From a bacterium (GTDB lineage Bacteria > Elusimicrobiota > JBDRMW01 > JBDROU01): 64,000 nucleotides of DNA. Position 1 is the first letter of the stretch. The number at the start of each line of letters is the position of its first letter. The stretch covers positions 98,218-162,217 of the forward strand of contig JBDROU010000073.1 in NCBI GenBank assembly GCA_043809745.1, written 5' to 3'. The notes beneath the pieces are model-generated. The model saw only the letters and a program-made list of their open reading frames with translations. It was not told the origin of the DNA and made no database searches. This document shows, one piece after another, positions 48,353-59,182 of the stretch. The translations under genes and the position numbers were made by a program.

Positions 48353-48931
48353 ATGGATAAAGATAAACTTATTGAAGAAATAGTTAACCGGCAGAGTGTT
48401 CGCTCATATAAGGATGTTCCTGTTGAGCGAGAGAAAATTATACGTTGTATACACGCTGGGCATCTTGCCCCATCCGCATGCAATAAACAGCCATGGCATT
48501 TTACGGTTGTAGACGATAAGGAAATAAAGCAGGAGATTTCCAGTAAGGCTTTCAATTGTCCGCCCGGTTTTAATAAATTTGCAAAATCTGCACCGGTTAT
48601 GGTTATTGTTTCTGCTGAAAAACATTTTTTGACACATGCTGTATTTGGCGGATTGCAGGGTGTTCAGTATTATTTACTTGATATAGGCGCTTCGGTTGAA
48701 AACTTTCTTTTAGAGGCTACTAGAGTTGGGCTGGGATGTTGCTGGCTTGGATGGTTTAATGAAAAAGTTGTGAAAAATGTGTTGGGCATACCTGAAGAGG
48801 TAAAAGTGGTTTCAATTATTACTGTTGGATATCCTGAGTCCATGGAACAAAAAGTACGGATTCGCAAACCTCTAGATACAATTTATTCTTTTAACCATTA
48901 TAGCTCAACGCCTGATTACAAAAAGCAGTAA
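48353..48931 (+). CDS. Nitroreductase family protein
   Basis: R.SVR.Y, APSACNKQPW.F, D.G, GLGCCW.G, GYP. Confidence 0.92.
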   Translation: MDKDKLIEEIVNRQSVRSYKDVPVEREKIIRCIHAGHLAPSACNKQPWHFTVVDDKEIKQEISSKAFNCPPGFNKFAKSAPVMVIVSAEKHFLTHAVFGGLQGVQYYLLDIGASVENFLLEATRVGLGCCWLGWFNEKVVKNVLGIPEEVKVVSIITVGYPESMEQKVRIRKPLDTIYSFNHYSSTPDYKKQ

Positions 48932-49077
48932 ATTCTCTATGCTTAAATAGAATTATTTCTTTTAGTTGAATATATATGATATTTTTATATAATTTATATA
49001 TAAGGGATACGCTTGGGATTATAGTTTGCGTATTTCAAAAACAATACGGTAATTATACATTTTTAACGGTTTAATAC

Positions 49078-50211
49078 ATGAATGTTCAAGAAACGAATTC
49101 AGTTGGAATTATTAAAACCCAGTTTTTTACATTTGCACAGTCTGATAATGAGTTTAGGTTTGAATCAGGGCAAAAACTCGGACCTATTACTGTAGCTTAT
49201 GAAACATATGGAAATCTTAATCAAGATAAGAGTAACGCAATTCTTATTGTGCATGCTTTAACAGGAGATGCGCATGCAGCAGGGAAAAACTCGCCTAGAG
49301 ATGAAAAGGCAGGGTGGTGGGATATAATGATAGGTCCTGATAAAGCATTTGATACAAACAGGTACTTTATAATATGCTCTAACATAATCGGAGGATGTAA
49401 AGGCACAACAGGCCCGAGTTCGATTAATCCAAAAACTGAAAAACCATATGGATTAACTTTTCCATTTATCACAATTAATGATATGGTTCGAGTTCAAAAG
49501 ATGCTGATTGATCATTTAGGATTGAAGACCATGCTTTCTGTTGTAGGTGGTTCGATGGGAGGTATGCAGGTTATAGAATGGGCATTAGAGTATCCGGAGA
49601 TGGTAAGATCTGCTGCTATAATTGCTTCTGCAGCAAGGATTACCCCTCAAGCTATTGCTTTTAATGAAGTAGGCAGACAAGCGATTATGTCAGATAAGAA
49701 TTGGAAAAGCGGCAATTATTATGGTTCTGATATGCCTGCACAGGGTTTATCCATAGCCAGAATGATTGGACATATAACATACTTGAGTGAATCCTCAATG
49801 CATAGTAAATTCGGAAGGCGGCTTTCGGATAAAGATGATTATAACTATGAATTTAAAAAGGATTTTGCAGTAGAAAGTTATTTGCGTTATAAAGGATCTA
49901 GTTTTGTAAAGCGGTTTGATGCTAATTCATACCTTTATATGAGCAAAGCAATGGATTATTATGATATTGTTGAGAAATATGGTTCGCTTGAGAAAGCATT
50001 TAAAAATGTTTTGTCGAAATTCTTAGTTATTTCATTCAGCTCGGATTGGCTTTTTCCCCCATATCAATCTGAAGAAATAGTAAAAGCTCTTATGCATAAC
50101 GGCAAAAATGTTTCTTATTGTGCAATAAAATCGACATATGGGCATGATGCATTTTTATTGGAAGATAAACAGTTAACAATTTTAATGCGTAATTTTCTAA
50201 AGAATGTTTAA
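49078..50211 (+). CDS. metX: Homoserine O-acetyltransferase
   Basis: HALTGD.H, GWW..IGP, GGSMGGMQ, RFDANSY, SDWLFP, GHDAFL. Confidence 0.96.
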   Translation: MNVQETNSVGIIKTQFFTFAQSDNEFRFESGQKLGPITVAYETYGNLNQDKSNAILIVHALTGDAHAAGKNSPRDEKAGWWDIMIGPDKAFDTNRYFIICSNIIGGCKGTTGPSSINPKTEKPYGLTFPFITINDMVRVQKMLIDHLGLKTMLSVVGGSMGGMQVIEWALEYPEMVRSAAIIASAARITPQAIAFNEVGRQAIMSDKNWKSGNYYGSDMPAQGLSIARMIGHITYLSESSMHSKFGRRLSDKDDYNYEFKKDFAVESYLRYKGSSFVKRFDANSYLYMSKAMDYYDIVEKYGSLEKAFKNVLSKFLVISFSSDWLFPPYQSEEIVKALMHNGKNVSYCAIKSTYGHDAFLLEDKQLTILMRNFLKNV

Positions 50212-50839
50212 GACAAAAAATATAATGACAAATTTAAAACCTGATTATGATCATGTTATTAGTCTAATCAAGCCTGGCAGGCATGTGCTTGATTTAGGCT
50301 GCGGTAATGGGGAGTTATTGGAAAGGCTTATTAAAGAAAAAAATGCTACTGGGTTGGGCGTGGAGATAGATGAACATAATGTTTTGGAGTGTATAGGGCG
50401 AGGTTTATCAATTTTTCAGGGCAATATTGATGAGGGATTGAATAATTATCCCGATAACTCATACGATTACGTTATTCTCAATCAGACACTGCAAGTAGTG
50501 CATAAACCGGATTATGTTTTAAGCGAGATGCTCAGGGTAGGTAACCAAATAATAGTAAGTTTCCCAAATTTTGCTTATTGGCAAATACGACTAAATTTAT
50601 TGTTCTCCGGCTCTATGCCAAAGACTAAGTTTCTTCCATTTGAGTGGTATAATACGCCGAATATACATTTACTGTCTATAAAAGATTTTAAAAATATGTG
50701 TGTAAGACAAAAATGGACAATACTGGAGGAAATTTACATAGGAAGTAAAACAGATATATTTTCCCTTGGAAAGTTAATTTCCCCAAATTTATTCGCAGAA
50801 GAAGCAATATTTCTGTTAACAAATAAAGGTAGGGTATGA
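50204..50839 (+). CDS. metW: Methionine biosynthesis protein MetW
   Basis: VLDLGCG.G.LL, QTLQ, SFPNF.YW..R, WY.TPNIH; follows metX. Confidence 0.94.
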   Translation: MFKTKNIMTNLKPDYDHVISLIKPGRHVLDLGCGNGELLERLIKEKNATGLGVEIDEHNVLECIGRGLSIFQGNIDEGLNNYPDNSYDYVILNQTLQVVHKPDYVLSEMLRVGNQIIVSFPNFAYWQIRLNLLFSGSMPKTKFLPFEWYNTPNIHLLSIKDFKNMCVRQKWTILEEIYIGSKTDIFSLGKLISPNLFAEEAIFLLTNKGRV

Positions 50840-51426
50840 TTATTCATTTTTCATCCGATCAAGAAAAAAATATTGAAAGAAAGCATACTGATATGAACGG
50901 GCATGAGATCATAGTAAAAAAGAAGATGCTATTGCATAATTATTCAAAAATACTGAATAAATATTTAACATCAATGAATCTGATAAATATCCTTAATGAA
51001 ATTGTAATAGATATTGTGCCGGGTCATAAAGAATGCTTTTTTTTAAGCAGTAATTATAAGCTGGCAAGAGTCTATTATGATGATATAGATAATGGGCGGG
51101 ATTTTGACCAAGTGATGGTACACCAGCTGGGCCATATTCAGGATGTGCTTGTAAGGGGTTTCGATTTAAAGGGTTTCAGAGAGATTAAAAGGATAGATTT
51201 TAATCTAGGATATATCCTATGGGATATACATCTGGATGGCCGTCTGGTTAAAGAGAGATATTTTACATATTTCCAGGAGCAAAGTCTTTATTATGAGCAT
51301 AAAATGAAATTTAGGATATTGGAGAATAAGGTTAAAGAAAATATTGATGTATTATTTGACAGTATGTGGGCAAAAAATGATTATAACTTGGCTGATGTTA
51401 AATCTATTTTTTGCAGATTAAATTAA
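50836..51426 (+). CDS. Hypothetical protein with HQxxH motif
   Basis: 196-aa ORF coupled to metW (ATGA overlap); VHQLGHIQD ... LWDIHLDGRL. Confidence 0.65.
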   Translation: MIIHFSSDQEKNIERKHTDMNGHEIIVKKKMLLHNYSKILNKYLTSMNLINILNEIVIDIVPGHKECFFLSSNYKLARVYYDDIDNGRDFDQVMVHQLGHIQDVLVRGFDLKGFREIKRIDFNLGYILWDIHLDGRLVKERYFTYFQEQSLYYEHKMKFRILENKVKENIDVLFDSMWAKNDYNLADVKSIFCRLN

Positions 51427-51427
51427 G

Positions 51428-52075
51428 ATGAAAAGCTTTGTTAAGCTCTTTATTTTTGATTTTGACGGTACACTTGTGAATACGAGTAAAGATATTGCCG
51501 CGGCGATAAATCATACCTTGCGCAGATTCAACAGGCAGGAATTATCCGAAGACATTATAACCGGTTATGTAGGTGATGGGCTTCTGATACTTCTTGAGAA
51601 AGCTCTTAATTCAAATGATTCTACATTAATTGCAGGAGCTGCTAAAATATTTAGAGAATATTATTCGGCGCATCTGCTGGACAATACTTATTTATATCCG
51701 GGGGTGCTGCCTTTAATAAAACATTTTAGTGATAAGATATTTTCCATAGCAAGTAATAAACCTAAAATATACATAGAAATTATATTGCAAAAACTTGGAT
51801 TGCTGGATAATTTTAAATTTATTGTTGGCGGAGACACAACTAAAAATAAAAAACCATCTCCAGAACAATTAATTTGGATACTTAAAAAAGCGCATGTAGA
51901 AAATGAATGCGCATTAATGGTAGGGGATAGTATAAATGATATAAAAGCGGCTCTTTCCGCTGGAATAAAAAGTTGTTATATAAAGTCAGGTTTTAATAAA
52001 GGCAATGATATCAAAGATGTAAGGCCTGATTGTGTAGTAGAAGATATTTTTAATATTAAGGATTATTTTAATTAG
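51428..52075 (+). CDS. HAD-family phosphatase (phosphoglycolate phosphatase-like)
   Basis: FDFDGTL, SNK, KPSP, VGDS..D. Confidence 0.9.
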   Translation: MKSFVKLFIFDFDGTLVNTSKDIAAAINHTLRRFNRQELSEDIITGYVGDGLLILLEKALNSNDSTLIAGAAKIFREYYSAHLLDNTYLYPGVLPLIKHFSDKIFSIASNKPKIYIEIILQKLGLLDNFKFIVGGDTTKNKKPSPEQLIWILKKAHVENECALMVGDSINDIKAALSAGIKSCYIKSGFNKGNDIKDVRPDCVVEDIFNIKDYFN

Positions 52076-52076
52076 T

Positions 52077-53432
52077 ATGTATAAAAGCAGAAAATTTAAA
52101 ATTATTGAAAAACATCTTAAAGAGCAAAATTTCGAGAAGATTAAAGAATTGATTAACAGATTTCATCCTTCCGATTCAGCTATAATCATTTCGTCCCTTT
52201 CTGATCAAGAAATTCCGCAGCTTATACGCATCATTGACTATGAAAAAAACGCCAGCATATACGAAAAACTCGATCCGGAAATTCAGCTAAAAATATTCTT
52301 TCTGCTAGATATTAAGGAAATTTCAGAGATTGTACAATTAATGAGTTCGGACAAAATAGCGGATTTGTTAGAAAAACTTCCGGAAAAAGAAGCTGATATG
52401 CTTAAAAATCTTATGACTTCTGAAGAAGCAGAGGAAGCATACCAGTTATTAAAATATCCAAAGGATAGCGCTGGCGGAATTATGAGTAAGGATTTTATTT
52501 ATGTAAGGGTGGATCAAACCTTGGGGCAGGTTCTTAAGGTTTTAAAGGGGGTATTCCCAAAACTAGATGTTCAGCGAGCTAATTACGTTTATGTGGTTGA
52601 TAAAGATAAAAAACTTGCAGGGGTTTTACAGATGAGAGATTTGGTCGTTAAGGATGCCAAGCTGAATGTCCAAGAAGTTATGCGCACCTCGTTGATAACC
52701 GTTGATGTGGAAATGGACCAGGAGTCTGTAGTGCATGTGTTTAAGAAGTATAATCTGCTTGCATTGCCTGTAATTGATATGGATAAGAGGATGCTTGGAA
52801 TTATCACCGCTGATAGTGTAATAGATGTATTAGATAAAGAGGCCAGCGAGGATATGCTGAAGCTAAGCGGTATTCCGGGCGGTGAGGAAAGCCATGATAT
52901 GTCTATTTTTTATGTTATGAAAAGAAGGCTGAAATGGCTTAGCATCAATATATTGTTAAATGTGCTTGCTGCCAGTATAATAGCCTTCTACCAGAACACT
53001 CTGCAAGCAGTTATTGCTTTAGCGGTCTTTTTACCAATAATCTCTGACATGAGCGGGTGTTCCGGTATGCAAGCGGTTGTTATCAGCGTAAGGGAACTGG
53101 CTTTAGGTAAAATTGACTCAAGTGATTTTAAGAAGATACTATTACGGGAGCTTTTTATTGGATTTATTAACGGTTTGGCACTTGGTTTGCAAATAGGCGC
53201 TGTTGCTTTTTTCTGGAAGCGTATCCCAGGTTTAGGTCTGGTAGTAGCTTTAGCTTTGTGGATTAATACTACACTTTCCGTTTGTTTAGGCAGTATGCTG
53301 CCGCTTATTCTTAAGAAACTTAAAATCGATCCTGCGATTGCTTCCGGCCCAGTTTTAACTACAATTACAGATATGATGGGTTTCTTTTTAGTTCTGTTCT
53401 TAGCAACAAAATTTTTATGGCTTTTAGTTTGA
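52077..53432 (+). CDS. mgtE: Magnesium transporter MgtE
   Basis: MgtE_N; Y..DSAGGIM; CBS pair; R..WL; DPA.ASGP..TT.TD. Confidence 0.95.
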   Translation: MYKSRKFKIIEKHLKEQNFEKIKELINRFHPSDSAIIISSLSDQEIPQLIRIIDYEKNASIYEKLDPEIQLKIFFLLDIKEISEIVQLMSSDKIADLLEKLPEKEADMLKNLMTSEEAEEAYQLLKYPKDSAGGIMSKDFIYVRVDQTLGQVLKVLKGVFPKLDVQRANYVYVVDKDKKLAGVLQMRDLVVKDAKLNVQEVMRTSLITVDVEMDQESVVHVFKKYNLLALPVIDMDKRMLGIITADSVIDVLDKEASEDMLKLSGIPGGEESHDMSIFYVMKRRLKWLSINILLNVLAASIIAFYQNTLQAVIALAVFLPIISDMSGCSGMQAVVISVRELALGKIDSSDFKKILLRELFIGFINGLALGLQIGAVAFFWKRIPGLGLVVALALWINTTLSVCLGSMLPLILKKLKIDPAIASGPVLTTITDMMGFFLVLFLATKFLWLLV

Positions 53433-53487
53433 GAAATCTTAATTTAGACCTACCAGATAGTACTCGTATAAAATGATCAAATATTGC

Positions 53488-53539
53488 CCTTCGACAAGCT
53501 CAGGATCAAAACTACGCAAAAGATTTTTTGAGCGATCTC
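53488..53539. repeat. REP/MITE-like copy downstream of mgtE
   Basis: CCTTCGACAAGCTCAGGAT (53488-53506) and GATTTTTTGAGCGATCTC (53522-53539; 16/18 identical to 23177-23194). Confidence 0.65.
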
Positions 53540-53680
53540 GCTGCAGATAGTAAAAAAGAAACACTGGCATTTCGCGGAAATTCCACTATAATTGTATTGT
53601 AATTAATATGTATATACAAACTGTTGTAAAAGTAGCATTACAACGTAGTAGTTCATGCAGAGAATATTTCGGTTATAAAG

Positions 53681-56600
53681 GTGATTGAAATGGAAAGGCT
53701 TATATTAGAAACAGGTGAACTGATAAACGACAGATACTTAATTCAGTCCAAATTGGGCGAAGGCGGTATGAGTGTGGTATACAAGGTTGAAGACATAAAA
53801 AATACCGTACAATTAGCAATGAAACTTTTGAAGCCGAATATAATGTCTTCTTCGGTAGAAGACGTAATAAGATTTAAGCAGGAGATGAAGCTTATCAGCG
53901 CTCTAAAACATGAAAATTTATTGATGTTGCACGGTGTAGGCGAATATAAAAATATACCCTATTTAATAACTGAATTAGTAGAAGAAAAAAGGCTTGAAGA
54001 GTTATTGGATGTAGAGGTGTTAAAAATTGACCAGATTCTTAACATAATGATACAACTTGCGGAAGTCCTGAAATATGTTCACAGTAAAGGTATTATTCAC
54101 AGGGACATAAAACCAACTAACATAATAATCGGAAAATCAAAAAATGAATATAAAGTAAAATTAATCGACTTCGGCATTGCCTTAATGATGGAATTAGGAG
54201 CAATACACAAAGTAGAGCAGGTTGTGGGTACATTCGGGTATATGTCGCCTGAGACAATGGGTATTGTCAACAGGCGAGTTGATGAACGCAGCGATCTTTA
54301 TTCACTCGGAATAATTTTTTACAAACTTATAACAGGAGAGCTTCCATTTAAAGCGAAAGAAATCAGCAAATTGCTGCATTCCCAAGCAGCGGTTGTGCCA
54401 AGAAGACCAGCAGAATTAAGAAAAGGCGTCCATAAAACTATAGATGACATAGTTATGCAACTATTGTATAAAGAACCAGAATTAAGATATCAGAGCGCTG
54501 CCGGTTTACTGCACGATTTGAAAAGATTCAAAAGCGGAGAGGAGAATTTTGTTGTTGGGGAAAAGGATCAAAAAGTCAAGTTAAGTTATCAGACAAGGCT
54601 GGTCGGCAGAGAAGCAGAAATAGAAAAAATAAAAAAAATATATCAAAGAGCCAGGGTGTCCAGAGGATCAATATGTTTAATTGGAGGTGAATCCGGCATA
54701 GGTAAGAGCAGGTTAGGAGATGAGCTAAAAACTTATACATATACAGACGGAGGTGTATTTATAAGCGGAAGATGTATAGAGCAAGAAAACATGGTGTCGT
54801 TTCAACCTTTCAGAGACGCTATAAATGAATACATCAGCGTATTAGATCGGTTGGACATAGAAGATAGAGAACTAGAAATTAGTAGAATAAAAAATGTGCT
54901 TGGTAATTTAACTGAAATAATAGTCAAACTTAATCCGCGTTTAAGCTCATTATTCGGCAAGGTTGAAAAATTAGAGCCGTTGGCACCCGAGCGCGAGGGC
55001 AGGCGTTTATTAATGACTGTTTCGATTTTTTTTCGTAATCTGATTCCGCAAGAAATGGGTCCCTGCGTTTTGTTTCTTGATGATCTGCAGTGGGCGGATA
55101 AAAGCAGTTTAAATCTTTTAAGCGAGCTCTCTGAAGAAATCGGAAATTCAAATCTGCTGATATTTGGAACTTATCGAAACAATGAGGTCGGTGAAGATCA
55201 CCCACTTGCAATAATTAAAAATAAAGCAAAGCAGAAGGACTATTCTTTAGAAGACATAATGCTAAATCCATTTCATCACGAACAACTCAATGAGGTGACA
55301 GCGGCGATTTTGGGTGTAGAACCGCACACGACTCATAATCTTACTTATTACCTTATACAGAAATCTAACGGCAATCCGTTCTTTGCTATAACACTTTTAA
55401 GGGGAATAGTAGAGCAGGGCTGCATCAGCTGGAAACAGGGTGTTTGGGAGGAAGATTGGGAACATATTAATAGCGTAAATGTATCCGCCAACATGGTTGA
55501 TATTGTGCTTATGCGAGTTAAAAATATTGGCCAGGAATTGGATAATTTATTGCGAATAGCATCAGCAATAGGCATGGAAATAGATATTAATGCGTTATTT
55601 TTGCTTGCTGAAACCAGTAAAGAGGAAGTGGTTAGGCAGGTCAATGAAGCGGTTGACATTCAGCTGTTGGAATGGTCAAAGAAAGAAAAAAGTAAATTAA
55701 TTTTTGTCCATGAGCGGATAAAAGCAGCGTTTTACAAAAAAATGGAAGATTGGAAAAAACGTCAATATCATCTTAAAATAGCAGAGTTTTATGAAAAAAA
55801 GAATCAGGGTAAGGAAAAAGAATGTGTGTTTGAGCTTGTTCATCACTATCTTGAAGGTGATAATAAGGATAAAGTGCTTGAATATGCGGTGTTGGCAGCT
55901 GAAAAATCTAGAGAAGATTTTGCGCATGAAAATTCACTGCATTACTATAAGTTAGTGATACAGATATTAGAAGAGCAAGGAAGGGCTAGATGTCATGCCT
56001 GGATGAAAGCAAAAGAAGGCATTGTTGAAGTATACCTGCTAATAGGTAGAAATGATGAGGCTATAGAGGTTTCCGAAACTCTCTTAAATTTGGAACAGAG
56101 TATTTTAGAAAAAGCCAGAATATACAGCACTATAGCGACAGCGTATTATAAAAAAGGGGATTGGCAGCATTGTGAAGATAGTTCCGCAAAGGGATTGGAA
56201 TTATTGGATGATAATCTGCCAAGAAGCAGGTCGGGGATTGCAATACCTATGTTGAAGGAATTATTGATACATTTTATACATTCAATTGCGCCAAAGTATT
56301 ATTACCGGAGAAAAAAACAAATAAAGCCGGAGGATATAGTAAAATCAGGTATTTATCTATGTTTAACATGGATGTTCATATTAACTGATACGACTAGACT
56401 AGCATATGTTATGTTAAAGAGTATGAACTTGTCAGAGTCAAATTTGGGGCTTTCTAAAGAATTAGTGAATACAAATGTAGCATATGGATTTATGATTGGA
56501 GCGGTTTCATTTTTTTCAAGAGCAATCAAAGTATTAAAAAGAACTCTTGAAATAAAAAAAGAATTGCATACCGAATTCGACATTTCTAGGGCCATAACGG

Positions 56601-58558
56601 CTTTGGGTTATATGTATCTTTGGAATGGCGATTATAAATTGTCTTTGGACTATTTGATTAAGGCTAAAGAAAACTACGAAAGAATAGGAGATGTCTGGGA
56701 ATTGGCTCAAAATCTTATCGGGTTGGGTCATGTGTACAGATATCTGGGTGAATATGAAAAGAGTATAGATATATATAAGACAAGAGAACAAATATGTGAA
56801 AAAATAAAAGATGAACATGGAGTGCTTGGAGCCATAGCAATGACCGGCTGCTGTTATATGGAACAAGGAAAGTTCAGAGAGGCAGAAAATTTATTAGAAA
56901 CATCCTTAAAACAGAGTGAATATTTAGATGATTTTATAGCTATCTGCTACAGCAAAATGTATCTTGGCTATTTGGCGATAGAAAAACAGGATTACCCAAA
57001 GGCAATACATTTTTTGGAAGGAGCAAGAAAAGTATTCTTTGAAAATTCATTTGTAAGGGATGTTGTGATTGAGCTTTTTGCGCACCTGGCGGAAGCTTAT
57101 TTAGAGGATTACAAAATTAGGAGCATCGGGTATGGAATAAAAGAAAACAAAGATAAGCTTCTGGAAATTAAGAAGGCCTGCAGGGAATCCTTAAAGAAAA
57201 CCAGCAGATGGATTAACCATAGAGGGGCTGCTTTACGCGTTATGGCAAAGTATTATTCGCTAACTAATAATAGAAAAAAAGCAGAGAAGTATTTTCTTAA
57301 AAGTATTATTCATTCAAGAATATTAAACAAGAGATACGAATTAGGCAGGAGTTATTATGAATATGGGCAGTTCCTCAAATTCACCGGTAATCATAAAGAT
57401 GCGCTCAGGGAATGGAAGAATGCTCTCTGGGTGTTCAAAGAAATAGGAGCATCATTATATGTTCAACGATGTCAGAAACATATCGGATCAGAAAAAGAGG
57501 CGGATATAAATGAAAAATTTGGTCCCAGACAGAGATTAAGAACCGAGAAAAGAATGTCTGCGGTTTTGGAGGCAAGCAGAATATTGAGCTCAATTCTTAA
57601 TTTAGATGAATTATTAGAAAAAATAATGGATTATACCGTTGAATCTGTCGGCGCGGAAAGGGGCATCTTATATTTATATCCTCAGCATTCTCAGGAAAGA
57701 GAAAATCAAAGGCTCGAAATAAGGGTTGTGCGCAATGTTGAGAGAGCCGAACTTGAAGGCGAGGTTTTAAGAACCAGCAAAAGCATAATTGCTAAGGTTG
57801 AGAGGGAGATGAAACCATTGCTTATACAAGATGCTTCTCAGGATGAACTGTTGAAGTCGCAGGCAAGCGTTGTAAAATCAGGATTAAAATCTGTGATGTG
57901 CGCGCCTATTTTTCTTAAGGATAAATTATTCGGCATTATTTACATTGACAATCATTTGATCAGCGGGTTATTTACGGAGGAAGATTTGTGGGTTTTAACC
58001 GTTATCTCTAATCAAGCGGCCATATCAATTCAGAATGCGCATTTGTATGAGGAAGCTATTAAAGATGGATTAACAGGATTGTATACCCATTCTTTCTTTA
58101 TTAATTATTTAAAAAGACAGGTTTTCGAAGCAATAAGATTCAGTAAGAAAATAAGCCTTCTGATTATAGATATTGACTATTTCAAAAAATTGAATGACAC
58201 GTATGGTCATCAATGCGGCGATGCGGTATTAAAAAATGTTTCTCAAATAATTACTGATAAAATAAGAAGATCAGATATAGCAGCTAGGTATGGAGGCGAT
58301 GAATTTGTGGTAATCCTTTCCGAAACAGATATTAATGGCGCGAAAATTATTGCTGATAAGCTAAGAAAGGAAGTTGAAGAGCAAAAGCTACTTCTTACAA
58401 ACCAAGAAACGATGGAGAACTTAACATCAACTATAACAATCGGTGCCGCAGAATTGCAAAAGGGCGATGATGAGATCCAGCTGATCGAAAAGGCCGATAA
58501 AGCATTGTATAAAGCCAAACAATCCGGAAGAAATTGTGTAAGAATCTATAATCAATAA
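53681..58558 (+). CDS. Ser/Thr kinase-AAA ATPase-TPR-GAF-GGDEF diguanylate cyclase
   Basis: LGEGGM, HRDIKP.N, DFG, YMSPE; LVGRE.E, GESGIGKS, LDDLQWAD, GNPFF; TPRs; GAF; D.LTGL, RxxD I-site, RYGGDEF. Confidence 0.92.
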   Translation: MIEMERLILETGELINDRYLIQSKLGEGGMSVVYKVEDIKNTVQLAMKLLKPNIMSSSVEDVIRFKQEMKLISALKHENLLMLHGVGEYKNIPYLITELVEEKRLEELLDVEVLKIDQILNIMIQLAEVLKYVHSKGIIHRDIKPTNIIIGKSKNEYKVKLIDFGIALMMELGAIHKVEQVVGTFGYMSPETMGIVNRRVDERSDLYSLGIIFYKLITGELPFKAKEISKLLHSQAAVVPRRPAELRKGVHKTIDDIVMQLLYKEPELRYQSAAGLLHDLKRFKSGEENFVVGEKDQKVKLSYQTRLVGREAEIEKIKKIYQRARVSRGSICLIGGESGIGKSRLGDELKTYTYTDGGVFISGRCIEQENMVSFQPFRDAINEYISVLDRLDIEDRELEISRIKNVLGNLTEIIVKLNPRLSSLFGKVEKLEPLAPEREGRRLLMTVSIFFRNLIPQEMGPCVLFLDDLQWADKSSLNLLSELSEEIGNSNLLIFGTYRNNEVGEDHPLAIIKNKAKQKDYSLEDIMLNPFHHEQLNEVTAAILGVEPHTTHNLTYYLIQKSNGNPFFAITLLRGIVEQGCISWKQGVWEEDWEHINSVNVSANMVDIVLMRVKNIGQELDNLLRIASAIGMEIDINALFLLAETSKEEVVRQVNEAVDIQLLEWSKKEKSKLIFVHERIKAAFYKKMEDWKKRQYHLKIAEFYEKKNQGKEKECVFELVHHYLEGDNKDKVLEYAVLAAEKSREDFAHENSLHYYKLVIQILEEQGRARCHAWMKAKEGIVEVYLLIGRNDEAIEVSETLLNLEQSILEKARIYSTIATAYYKKGDWQHCEDSSAKGLELLDDNLPRSRSGIAIPMLKELLIHFIHSIAPKYYYRRKKQIKPEDIVKSGIYLCLTWMFILTDTTRLAYVMLKSMNLSESNLGLSKELVNTNVAYGFMIGAVSFFSRAIKVLKRTLEIKKELHTEFDISRAITALGYMYLWNGDYKLSLDYLIKAKENYERIGDVWELAQNLIGLGHVYRYLGEYEKSIDIYKTREQICEKIKDEHGVLGAIAMTGCCYMEQGKFREAENLLETSLKQSEYLDDFIAICYSKMYLGYLAIEKQDYPKAIHFLEGARKVFFENSFVRDVVIELFAHLAEAYLEDYKIRSIGYGIKENKDKLLEIKKACRESLKKTSRWINHRGAALRVMAKYYSLTNNRKKAEKYFLKSIIHSRILNKRYELGRSYYEYGQFLKFTGNHKDALREWKNALWVFKEIGASLYVQRCQKHIGSEKEADINEKFGPRQRLRTEKRMSAVLEASRILSSILNLDELLEKIMDYTVESVGAERGILYLYPQHSQERENQRLEIRVVRNVERAELEGEVLRTSKSIIAKVEREMKPLLIQDASQDELLKSQASVVKSGLKSVMCAPIFLKDKLFGIIYIDNHLISGLFTEEDLWVLTVISNQAAISIQNAHLYEEAIKDGLTGLYTHSFFINYLKRQVFEAIRFSKKISLLIIDIDYFKKLNDTYGHQCGDAVLKNVSQIITDKIRRSDIAARYGGDEFVVILSETDINGAKIIADKLRKEVEEQKLLLTNQETMENLTSTITIGAAELQKGDDEIQLIEKADKALYKAKQSGRNCVRIYNQ

Positions 58559-58741
58559 TGATTAATATCTCTTGCCAAATTGGTGACTTTTAAATCAATA
58601 TTTTTTTTGAATATACATAGCTGACGGTTTTCCATATTCATTTCTAATGCAGGAATTGATCAACAGTAATGCTGTTTTTAGTTTGAATCTTCCACTTAAT
58701 TTATATATAATGAGAGAAAATGTGCTTTTTGAGGTTTATTT

Positions 58742-59182
58742 ATGAATGATTATTTTAAAACCTGCAAAGTGTTTGAAAAGTTTTCAGATGCAGAGCGTGA
58801 GTTGTTAAGTAATTCGTTCGTGAAACAGGAGCTGAAAAAAGGTGAAATACTCTTTAAGGAAAACGATATTGGTGATTCGGTTTATTTTATTGAAGCTGGA
58901 ATGATAAAAATCTCTAAAATGACGGGTGGGAATGAAAATACCATACTTGCTATATATAAAAAAGATGATATATTTGGGGAAATGGCGCTTTTCAACATAA
59001 TACCTCGTTATGCTAACGCGGAGGCATTGGCGAATTCAACCGTGCACTTTTTGAAAAAAGCAGTTTTTCAAAGTATTAGAGAATCAAGCCAGAAAACAGC
59101 TTTAATGGTCATGGATATTATTCTTGAATCGTTAGCATTGAGATTAAGAAAAATAACAGACCGAATGTATGGGATTTATTAA
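58742..59182 (+). CDS. Stand-alone cyclic nucleotide-binding domain protein
   Basis: LFKE.D.GD..YFI..G.IKI, FGEMAL....PR.A.A.A; no HTH. Confidence 0.88.
   Translation: MNDYFKTCKVFEKFSDAERELLSNSFVKQELKKGEILFKENDIGDSVYFIEAGMIKISKMTGGNENTILAIYKKDDIFGEMALFNIIPRYANAEALANSTVHFLKKAVFQSIRESSQKTALMVMDIILESLALRLRKITDRMYGIY

Noticed and set aside
48932-49077. SAM riboswitch upstream of metX
   Set aside because: No SAM-I core (ATC.AGAG...GCAACC...GTGC); only a short ATACGC/GCGTAT hairpin
52070-52080. M-box riboswitch for mgtE
   Set aside because: mgtE starts 1 nt after the upstream stop, so there is no leader
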